A stretch of DNA of 64,000 bases from Phoronis australis (Eukaryota > Animalia > Phoronida), in assembly GCA_002633005.1 (NCBI GenBank), contig NMRA01000005.1, positions 1,409,635 to 1,473,634 on the forward strand, in the 5' to 3' direction. Numbering within the stretch: the first letter of the stretch is position 1; the number at the start of each line of letters is the position of its first letter. The position numbers were made by a program, and so were the translations under genes. The notes under the pieces are model-generated. The model saw only the letters and a program-made list of their open reading frames with translations. It was not told where the DNA came from and searched no databases. Positions 40,001-51,100 of this stretch are shown piece after piece.

Positions 40001-40988
40001 CCAAAATGTACCGGTCAAGCTACCACCGGGGAACACTAACACATATCCGTCAGGCTCAGATAAAAAAGAACAGTGGGTCAAGCTATATTCCTCGGGTTCA
40101 GAAAAGAATCCAGAACCTGTCAATCCTCCATCACTCAACACTAACCCTTATCCAGCAGGATCAGGTCAGAATGTATCAGTTAAACCACCGCCGGAGAACA
40201 CTAACCCATATCGGCCAGGATCAGTTCAATATGAACAATGGGTTAGGCCATATCCCTCAGGATCAGATCAAAATCCGGATCCTGCTTCTTCTCCGCTAGT
40301 GAACACGCCTAATCCTTCAGGATCAGACAGAAATGTACCGGTCAAGCCAATGTCGGTAAACACTAGCCCATATCCGCCAGTATCAGATAAAAAAGAACAA
40401 CGGGTTAAGCCATATCCTTCAGGATCAGATCAGAACCCAGAACCTGTCAATCCTCTGCCAGTAAACACTAAACCTCATCCCTCAGGGTCAGACCAAAGTG
40501 AGACGAACAAGCCACTGCCAGTACACACTAAACCATATCCTTCAGGAGCAGATCAAAATCCGGAACCTGCTTATCCTCCGCCGGTGAACACTAACCCATA
40601 TCCGTCAGAATCAGATCAAAATGAGCAATGGGGTGAGTCGACTTCTGGGTTATTCGACTTTCGTGCACCGCATCCTAACCAAGCTGGCCAATCAGCTGCA
40701 GACTCTGAGACGCCAACTGGTAAAAGTGAAAATGGCAGAAGTAATACCAATCAGTCACCGAGTGACAAATCTAAACCAACTGTTCCAGACTCGTTTAAAG
40801 CCGGAGATTTATTCTCAGTGGACGGGGGACAAACAGACAATGCAGCTGCTCAGTCTAGAGACTTGATGTCTTTTGCTTCAGGAGTCTTTAACCAGGTCAA
40901 ATTTCCATCGTCGAATGATGGCAAAAGGACGCCAAGTGGAAATGGAAAATCGAACGACACTGGCAAAGTTGCGTCCAATTCTGACTAA
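34074..40988 (+). CDS. Thermolysin/pseudolysin-family (peptidase M4) zinc metalloprotease precursor with a C-terminal Pro-rich repeat tail, 5 exons, about 1085 aa (start uncertain)
   Basis: Exons 34074-34235, 35543-35681, 37130-37270, 37692-37915 and 38397-40988 splice in frame (3258 nt). Domains: FTP propeptide (VKFRHVYRGIKVYGASVV); PepSY-like segment (ARLMYLVSYLV...SRPMCKVDAKTQGVLQSWEGLA...GGNPK); catalytic domain with YENAFWDG, FGDG, HELTH, GAISEAISD and HKASGVLN. Confidence 0.88.
36298..37055. mobile_element. Foldback/MITE-like inverted repeat in intron 2 of the M4 protease gene
   Basis: The arms CATTTCTAAAATCTATTGGTCCATTTA and TAAATAGACCAATAAATTTTAGAAATG are inverted, as are GGTGTTAAAGTGTTCTTAAAAGAACGAGC and GCTCGTTCTTCTAAGAACACTGTAACACC. 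B-box-like GGTTCAAAC occurs in both arms. Confidence 0.6.
39460..40640 (+). repeat. Coding tandem repeat, 165-bp (55-aa) period, about 6-7 units
   Basis: The EQW(V) anchor codons fall at 39573, 39738, 39903, 40068, 40233 and (as EQR) 40395. Unit: KEQWVKPHLSGSDQNPEPVNPTSVNTNPNPSDSDKNVPVKPLPGNTNTYPPGSDK. Confidence 0.92.
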
Positions 40989-43429
40989 GTTTACCATAGC
41001 CCAAAACATCCGCAGGCTTACATCTTGCTGCAGGGCGTAATTTGGGAAGTGTCGGAGTGTGACGCCCCCAATAATTTAAAAATGTTTTCCAAATTTGAAA
41101 ATTTTCCGAGAAATGAGTTCATGTTTAGTTGTAAATTGATTCTACTCCCAATTGTGAACTCAATCCTTAGTAAGTCACGATCGCTCATTTTGTAGTCATT
41201 TCCCCCACAACTGCATTTTGTTCACGTGAAGTTCTATTCTGCGTAAACGTCAGAGATTTATAACCGCTTCACTTAAAAAGGTGAACTGCACGGCACTAGT
41301 TCACGATTATTACCGTCAGAGTGTTTCAGTCTCGTGCGGCAATGATCAAAAGCACTTACCGGAAAGTTCAAATCAACCTGTTTTAGCAGTTATATACTGA
41401 ATGTACACGAAACAGGATTCTTTGCAAAGAAGACGTTTTTATTGGACCTAATACAATTTTAAAATCAAAGCACGTTTGAAATCAATGAATAAGAGTTGCA
41501 ATTTATTTTTTGTGAGCTCAATTAAACTCGCTGTCCTAGAGCTATTGAGTAAGTCGCTGGTACTGAGTTTGCGGATAGATGGCGCAACGCAAGCAAGACC
41601 CAGCCACTTCATCAATAGAAAAGACCGTAGAAAATCGATTGCACCTTTGCTGTAATGTTCATGAGCGTGGTAATAAAAAATGAATTTTTGCCACTGAGGA
41701 ACAGAATGACATCCACACGGCCGGCATGTAGACCATGGCAGTGATACCGCACGTTGGAATGTAATCAACGAAACGTAAATTTTTCTCCCATTCAATATCC
41801 AAATGTCGTCATAGATGCCACCAGTTTGCCAAACTTTTAACACTCGAAGAAAAGCTTCCAGGCAAACGAAAAAGCAACAAGGAACACGATTTGAGAAAAA
41901 CCCCGGAGCTTCAGCAGCTCTGAATATCCACGAATGTGAAATAATTGAGAACATTGATTAGCTTAGAAATATTAGTGTCTCTCACCGGCCGCTTAAGGAT
42001 GAGCAATCACAGACTAAACGACTTCAGTGTTTTAAGTCGCAAGGTAAAACACTTGCCACACCATGGCAAATGTTCTGAAACCATAATCGATCTTTGAAGT
42101 AGAAGACATCGGAAATAACGTCCAATGACTTCGGAAATTTATTCGTTGAACTTCGTTAAGGTGTCACGTTGTGAGTTAGTTACGGTTATGTAGTTGAAAT
42201 GACATTTTTTTGAAAAGGATACCAACCACGGTTTTGGCCTATTACCAGATTTTAAAAACAACTTTCCCATCTGTTTAAAACAAAATAGTGCTCCATAACC
42301 CTCTACAATCTTCAAAATTTTGAGGAAGATTTGAGAACTTTCCCATTCTGCTAAGCAGGCAAGCGTGACCCGTCTACGCGTTTAGCGAATCACACGGTAA
42401 CTGTGGGGAAAGACCACATAGCAAGAACTATAATATCCAATTTGTGACATAGGAAGTACGAATTTTTAGTTGATTTCTGCTTTTATCTTTCAACATTGAC
42501 GCCAGTGATGCATTAGCAGGTGACAGAATGAGGACTGACTGAAATCATCAAAGCAGGGTAAAATTGTAATACAAGTTCTGATGGCCTAATAGTAGCTTTA
42601 AGGTACTCGATCACTCGCGTTATTTAGATGTCGTTGGAAATCTTCTAAATGAAATAATGCCAAAGTTATTGCCGGGTATGACAAAAATGCTATCACGAAA
42701 TTTCACATTTATTCAATGCGTACTATAACTGATCGGTGCGCTTGTGTGTTTAAACTTGCGTGGTTGCACTCGCTCCTCGTGGCATTCAATTTGTTTTACC
42801 AGACACGACAAAATGAGCGATTTGACACCCCAGACCGCCCACACAAAGCAAAATTATTAATTTCGTCCCTGTTGCGGAATCGCAGCACCTCGCGCAGGTT
42901 CTGACAAAGTGAAATAAGCTAGAACTAATGTAACAGACAAGTCCACGACTTACTGTTTGTTTCTGACGTTTACGTACTTTTAGGAGAGACCATGCGGATT
43001 TAGAAGGGTAACCATTTTGAGCAAAATTTTGATAGGTTGTCCCTTACGGTATTTTAGATCCATCAGGGTTGGAAGACCTAAAACTCTGATGAAACAAGTA
43101 AGAATTTCCACGCGAAGATGAGGTTTATGTGAATATCATAAGATGGCGTATGTAATAACCTTCGGATGGCGTTGAATTCATTAACGCCATCACCCCCAAT
43201 TTCCGAGGCTGATTATTCGGTAAGGGGCACACTTAATAAGAGGCATCGCTTGTTGTCCTCACATTTAATAAAAATAAAAATTTCCTTTGAAATACACCGT
43301 GTCTGGATGGGTAAAGCTGGAACCAAAGCATACGCGACAATGGTGACAGCATATAAGGTGATGCTGTAAAATCAGCTTTGATTGCAACCACACCGATCAA
43401 ATAACTTATCACGTTCTCATTGCACAAGA

Positions 43430-43673
43430 ATAACCAGAATTTCGCCACATGCGCGCACCCAGCCTAATATGAAGGGGGTTCAGTGGTATTGAACTTTTGG
43501 GTTTGTGGACCTTATTACTAAAAAAAGAAAAAAAGGGAAAGGGGATTTGTTCAAGGCTATGCATTGTGTATTCCACCCCCGAGCCACTAATTCGCACCCC
43601 CAACTACCAAATGGAATCTAAGAATTTTAGGGGGGGGGCATAGCCCCTTTGGCCCACCCTAAGTCCGCCACTG
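43430..43673 (+). mobile_element. Partial copy of the MITE at 59960-60289
   Basis: Shares GCGCxCCCAGCCTAA, GTTTGTGGACxTTATTACTAAAAAA and GGGGGGGCATAGCCCC...CCTAAxTCCGCCACTG with the 59960 element. Confidence 0.65.
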
Positions 43674-45179
43674 ACACCCATACGATCGTCTCTGCAAACC
43701 AACGGGGTGGAAACTGTACACCCGCCCTTCAAAATATCACATATCCCAGAAATGCAACTAGAAATTTTCCAAACCACAAGAATTGACACAAGAAGGAGCA
43801 GGGCATTTACCGGCCACAGAATGCTGCATAAAGTCACCAACCAAATGTCAATCGCTCGTATTCATTACTGACAGATATCTCTCAGTTCCAAGTCAGTATG
43901 GAAAACGGTATTAACAAGGAAAGGCAATTGATAACATTTGTTTTTGGCTAAAACATGAGCATTAATTTTAAAATTAGCACGGTGACTCATGCTGAGCGTT
44001 ATCTCAATAGAAACATTGGTTCATGCGAGCTTCAATTGTTCTGATTTCTGACTTCTCCCCTCACATTGCATTTTGACATGTACAGTCTGTTTTCTCCACC
44101 TGCCTCACCTGATTGAATAATGCGAACTTTTGTCTTGAGAATGGTTTAAAGTGAATAAACCGAAATGTCAGATCAATATGTCTTTCTTTACTTGCTCGCT
44201 AATTACAATGTTCGTTCTCAAGGTAAGGCAGAACCACTTGCTTGGTTAGTTTATTCTTGATCTAACCTTTGCAGCAGTAAAAGGAAATGAAATGTGTGTT
44301 TTAATTTTGTTCCAAGATGCAGTGTTGGGGCCTGGCACTGAGATGCCTCAAACTCTTCGTCAGCAGAATGGGCCCCGGAATTGTGCAACACAAGAAACAA
44401 ATCATGCAATGAAGTAACAATCTCATATTTTGACTCGTCCTCTAAAACAATACACTAGAGCTTCGCAAACATAACTTACAATCCTGACCATGGTAAATAC
44501 TTGTGACATCAGAATAAGACTCATGTCTCGCACAGCAGGTTATTAAAAACCAATTGAGATGGACAGTATGTTGCAGCTGAGTGTTTAAATACCAACCACA
44601 TCCGGGCATTTTCAACATGCAACAAGCACAGTGTTCTCTACAAATTCAAACTGAACATGAATTTCAAAGCATCTTTAGCTAAAAAAGTGACATTTTAAAC
44701 AACACAACCTCGTGTGATTAACCCATCCATAGTCCTAGAGTTAACAAGTCTTCAGTTTCACAATAAGCATCACCCAGAATGCACCACCACAACTAGTGAC
44801 ATCATTGAGCATTCCCTAAAACTTCTCAGAGCCCACAGTTCCTGTCAAAGAAGTAGCCTTCGATTTAGAGCAGGGACCACTGCACAGTTGATCTCAACGC
44901 GGTGGTCACCCAGATTAGAAGTGCTTTCTGAACTTGGCAAGAACTGGCAGATGGTTGTTGCGAACTAACGAGCTGCGAGTTGTTCCAAAGCTCAAACTTC
45001 ACATCTAATCTGAGTATTCCTTGATGGCAGGCCTATATAGTGCCACTTGGAAGTCAATGTCTAATGCCAGTAAGCACATCTGTCAAGTCCATTTAACACA
45101 CACATAGTTTAAGTCCATAACAAAAAACACTGCCATACACCAACTACTACTGCATGACGTCGGCTGTTATCGGCTGTTA

Positions 45180-48100
45180 TTACTTCGTCGGAGGTTGCCA
45201 ACTGTGTATTTTGGGCCGTGTTGTACTATACGGGACCCACTGTTGTGGGGTACCGGACATGTTCTCTGTGTGGTCTTCCATCCACTTGTACTTGACAGGG
45301 GGTACTTTAGTGGGGGGGTCATCTGTTATGTAGTGAAGCCAGCGATGCCTGTCGCAAAAAGAGATGAGGTGTCAGAAAAAACAACATAACAATCACAATT
45401 GTTTTCTCTACGGAATGAATATCTATAAATGAAAAATCACCAGACAAAATTCTGTTCCACTGTCATAATCGTCCTTCAACGTACAGTGCAAGCAACCAGC
45501 AATGCCTCTTCATTTCGAAAAAATCCTAATTATAGAACAGGATTTGCACCTTGCTAACTTTCTGATAAATTCTTGGATGTTTCTGCTTGTCGCGGAGGAC
45601 TACTGAGCAAGAGGATAAACTTTCCATCACTCATCTGCCAATTCGTCTGATTACTTTGACCTACTACGAGTCATCCAGCGCAAAACAAGATGAATTGTAA
45701 TCAATCCCTTGCAAGGTAAATCGTTGAACAATGAACCCACAGGAGTTCCAAATTAAGCTTTCTCAATTAGATAAACTACCAACCAAACGCAATTCGAGAG
45801 AGTGATTACTTGTTGCTGCTTATTTGGAAAGGCAGGATCATAGTGGGGTGTATTCTGAGAGCAAAGGCGGTCAGTGATGCAGACAGGCATACATGTGTCA
45901 CAGACTTGGATGATCTCATGGACACATGGTCTGAACCTCCTTCTCTTTAGCTCTCCTTTCCACCCATCAGGAGAGTCCGGGAAGAAGTACCGAATGCCAC
46001 CACCACCACTCAAGACACTGTCAGACAAATACTGACATAACCTACCTAGCTATTTCCATTTTCTTTTCACAAACTTTTAGTTTAATAGTATTATGTCACC
46101 TTTGTTTGTTAAAATGTTGTGCATAATTCCAAGTAGTGGTAGCATTTTCACATAACACTGTTCAAATAATGTTTACATGACATAGCAACAAATCATTTAT
46201 GATTCATAGTAGTCTTTCAGGTCCCCGGATATCTGTCTTGGTTTACATCACAACGAAGATGAGGCTATTTACTCCTTTCTGCTGATGGATAACTTTGGTC
46301 AAGGGGACTTTGAAGTGCTGGAATGTTGTTTATAGGTACTCCACTGACTTATGATAGTCAGTGAAAGGGTTTGGCCTCCTTCCTTGAGGACGTCACAACT
46401 CTGTGTAAGGTAATCCATTGACTTGGTCAGTGAAAGGGTTTGGCCTCCTTTCTTGAGGACGTCACAAGTCTGTGTAAGGTACTCCACTGACTTGGTCAGC
46501 TGACGTACGGTAGTCCTTGAAAGGGTTTGGCCACACTTCCTTGAAGATGCCACGAGTTTGTGTAAGGAACTCCACTGACTGTCTGTTTACTTGAAGGTAC
46601 TCCAATGTCACTTATCAGTGAAAGGGTTTGGCCCCCTTCCTTGAGGATGCCTTTAGAACTTTACTTATCTGTCCTTCATAAAATCCTTTTTGTGTTCATA
46701 TCACTTAAGACAACTATAGGATTATAAATATTGCAGTTGTTGTTTATATAGCATGAACATTCCTGGATGGCTCAAGACAGGTTCTTCATTTTATTACATT
46801 GTTGTGGAGAGTTTGTGTAGAAGTTTTATTGATTATATGTCTTTCAGAAGCTTGTATTAAAATGTTTCATTTATCATTCCTGTCATCAATACATTTTTGA
46901 AATGATATTTGTTTATCTTTAATTTTTATTTGATGTAGGCTAATTGATTTTGACACAGTTAAGTAGGTCGCAAACTGCATGTTAACAAAAATCACATAAT
47001 AACATCAATAATTTGCTAAGTCAATTATCAAGTTTTAACTTTTCTGATGAAAAATCTTTAAAATGACACCTTATTTGTTTTTTTTCCAGAAGTAATTGTT
47101 ATTTTATGCCAATTTGAAATTGCAAAATTGTACGTGGTGACTTTCCTTTGTCAGCTATGTAGACTTTAAGGTCAACATCTTTGCAAAGGAAGTCCAAATC
47201 GAAATGGTTTTTTGGCAAATTATTCATCATAAAATGTTCCTTAAAATGATGTATCACATGTCTATGATCTACATTACTTAGTTTTGAAACCATAATATTT
47301 CAAACTCGCAAATTCGATTTGACAGAATTTTTACAAAACATTTTGACACGAAAATGACATTTTCTCCGTAACCGTAAGTCCAATCTAAAAAGTGTTGCTA
47401 CGGCTCTCTTAGTCTTGAGGAGAGCTTTCTAATGATTGATATTACATGCACATTTTCAAAAATTTTTGAAAAATGCTGTTCTCCCTACCTTTATCACTGT
47501 CAGACAGTCTTATTCCGTAACATAGAAGCAAGACTTAGTGGACGAGGAAATGGGTAGTGCACAGTCAGTCGCATCAGTTGGACGGAGAATCTGCCCATTA
47601 TACAGTATTATAATCAGACTAATAAAGATTAATTATTAATTAATTAACTGATCGGATGAGAAGACGTCTCAGGACTCTCAGGTCAGGAGCCACCTGACAC
47701 AAAGATCCCAGACCTGCAAGTTCAAGACACTCACCGTTCACGGCCTTTTGTCCCTCTGAAATCACAGATATTCATGGCCCTTAAAGGAGAATGCCACCCG
47801 ATTTAATTAGTCTTTTTTATCGTCTTAATCGGTCTATATCCATATCACCTCTTATACGGTTGACCTCAACTTGCCGAGAGGTGTCGCGTTAACCTGTGAG
47901 GAGGGGGAGAAACGACGCAGAGACGTCACCGGTTTGTCTGCAGAGTGAATGCCGCTATATTGCTGTGCACCGTTCCCGCTTGTCCGAATTATGAAGCTGC
48001 GAAGAAAGCGAGCATATTGTTTTTTCGACTTCCTTGAGAGCCCAAAATGCTTAGGAAGTGGCTCGCGGTAGTGTTGAATGAAAGGTAGGCTGATAACAGC

Positions 48101-51100
48101 AAGTATGAGGCCGTGAAACATCTCCGTGTCTGTGGTTGGTATTTCGTCGACAGTGATTTCTGTGACAAATTCCGGCTTACCAAAGAACTATCCATACGTT
48201 ACGTTGCCTGTGAACATTTTGCTATAGAAATCACAAGCTTGTGACAACCACATCAGTGGAAATTACCTCCAACACTGATACCTGTTTGGAACGCTATTAC
48301 ACCAGTAAAGTATATGGTTTTGATTCAAAATATTTTTGATTAATATTTAGTTTAGTTTCATGAAGTAGGGCGTACTTGTTTAACTTATTTTTTGATTTTC
48401 ACTAAAATTCCATGTTTTTTGTGAACCCATTGTTCAACAATAGATATCACTTTAGAGGTGACAAAATGGCAATCCTGACTTGCAGTGTTCATTGTTTTTT
48501 TTTCATATTAACATTTTACTTCTAAATACATTAAGGTATACAACAATGAGATATATGTAAATGAAACACCCACACACACATATCTAAATAATAGAACTTC
48601 ACGGTTGGTCTAATCTAAATAAGTATTGAGGGTTTCCCAAAAGGCAGTTTTATGGGGAGTTTTTAATTAGCTGTAATTGATGTAAAAAACTCATGTTTCA
48701 TGCGCATGCGACAAATGCCATTTCTCACATGGAACATTGCATTCTCACATGACATTTGAATGTTCCAGGTGAGATTTGTTCAGTTGTGCCATGTTACAAT
48801 AGAAATGGCACATGGCACAAACACTATATTTGTGACATGGGTTTTTCATAGCAAAATGATATAATGAATTTTAGGAGAAAGTTTTGCATTTAGTTAATTA
48901 AAAATATTGTTTTACAAAATGGTTGAATGTTTAAAACACTAAAGTGTGATGCCTAATTATCAATAGATAATGTTTAGACCACTTTGGTCACTGATAACCA
49001 AATTATCAACAAATCAGAATTAAATTGTCAACAGAATTATATCACATTTTTTGCCTTATTTTCGTAATGACGTTTGACTTGCGCTAATTAATTTGCAATA
49101 ATATTGTTTCTTTTCAGGACTTGCATAAAATTGGTGACATCAAAACATTTTGATCATAGATTCTAAACTACTTCAGGCAAAATTGTGAAATTATAAAGAT
49201 AAAATTATGTAAAACAGATGAGTGTAATTGGAATATTCTGCAGCTTTAGTAACAGGCCCCCCTCTCATGATATATTGCACCAATTACATTGGTCTGTTTC
49301 AAATAATTCTTCATTTTCAAAAAGTCACATGTGAGGAATTTAATGAAACATTCCATGGCACTTTTGATTTTAGAACATTACACACCATTTAACCCCTTCG
49401 AGATCAGTGGTGGCCCAGGCAAAGAAATCATCTGAATCTTGAATGATGGCCTATTCCTGCTTCATGGCATTATCTGCCAGTCGTTTTGACGATCCTCCCA
49501 GTCCGACGCATGGACCCTTGCCATGCCCTGCCTCGAAATAATGCCAGACAACGTATACAGCATGAAATCTTGTCACCAAGTCGAAGATTGTTTTGTTCCT
49601 GTACTGGGACGTTGGCGAGTCCGTCCAAAAGTGAACTGCTTCTAGTCGTCCCACGAGTTGCTTCACAAACGCCATGATCTTGTTGATGACGGTAAGGACA
49701 ATTGGTGCATTGTGTTGAAGAACCTCCGAGACAATGATGATACTCTTATGACTTAGCTTATCATCCTTACTTCTGCAGAAAATTACTGTGGGATGTAGAG
49801 TCACAGCTGTTACATTCCAGTAAGATGACTGTATTTCTTCATATTTTGAGAGCAATAATTTTCCACGAAATCCATCTGGATTAGCACGTGACTTGGTGGT
49901 AATCTTTCTTTCATTTCCTTCAGTGCTTTGTACTGGGTGATAACTTTTCTCATGTGGTCAGCAAACAAGCTTTGGGACTCCTTCATGAGTTTGGCAAACT
50001 CAGTGCTAGGCAATTCTTCTTCTGAGATACGGATCTTTCCTTTCTGTCTGTCAGTTTCACTCTTCTCCACTCTCGGTACTTCACGTTAGTTGTGGTTTGA
50101 TTCCGTCTAGGTTGCTATCACTGTGTGTTTCAAGGAATTTGTCTGGGCTTGTGCATTTGGTGACTTTTAAGTCTTTCTAATATCTCAGTTTAAGTGCAAA
50201 ATTCTGATGCTTGGTGCACAACCAAACTGATCTCGATGAGAAGTTTACCAGGGTAATATGCGATGGTCTTGCATGGCAGAACGTTGCCAAGGAGATCCGG
50301 TATGTGGACTCGGAAAGAAATTTATGGTGTAAGTTATGCATGTAACCGTTTAGTACTCGCTTCTGAATCTTTGTTTTCTCAACTTTGACTGCGTCGGCTT
50401 TATCAAGCAACATTCTTGACATATTTTTCTTTATTTTAAAGGTCTTTTGACGTTGTTCCACGACTTCGAAAAAATCTCTGTGGTGAGCTGAACATTGGCT
50501 TCACCATTTGTCACGATTCATTGAGAATGAATGAAAGGTTTGCTATTTGTTGATATTGTTATAAGTGTGTCTTCCAAAGGTTCAGGTGGTCAGTGCAGTG
50601 GTTATAATCTGAGAGACTTAGCAGTTTTAAGACGTGTTCTGATAACAAGTTGTCCACTGAAGACAGGAAAAGACCTTATTGTTTCTTGTATTTTGGACCG
50701 GGATTACTTTAACTATATATCAACATCTTTGAGTTACATTTTCTAAATCTTTCATGGCAGCAAACATGTATCGTGATGAGCGGTTGGTTTTATATTTGAC
50801 AAAGAGTTGTTCATTAACCAGTCAAATAATTCATTTCAGGTTTTCATCATTTACACCTCTCAATTTAGCGCTCAGCTGACTTGAGTCTGATTTTGTTCAT
50901 AATGTGTTATAATTTGACGTCCACCATTTGGTTTTCTCCCTTTACTTGTAATGTTTCATTATTTTCACCCAGTCATTGTATTTTGAACCATGCATTCACT
51001 GAAACAAAATGAAATCCAGTCATATTTTACAGGGGACCAAAGGTCTGAAACCCAACATTACGGCAAATTCGGAAAGTCTCCACATGAGGGAGCAAAAAGC

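Noticed and set aside
39655-40299. 214-aa overlapping ORF in an alternative frame
   Set aside because: It is a shadow of the coding tandem repeat in the protease tail and has no independent support.
38403-40988. Bacterial contaminant contig explaining the M4 protease
   Set aside because: The propeptide is spread over four upstream GT-AG exons with matching phases, and its introns contain repeats shared with the rest of the window.
45753-46028. 91-aa minus-strand ORF in NDUFA12 intron 3 (alternative exon or nested gene)
   Set aside because: No recognisable motif, and NDUFA12 is complete without it.
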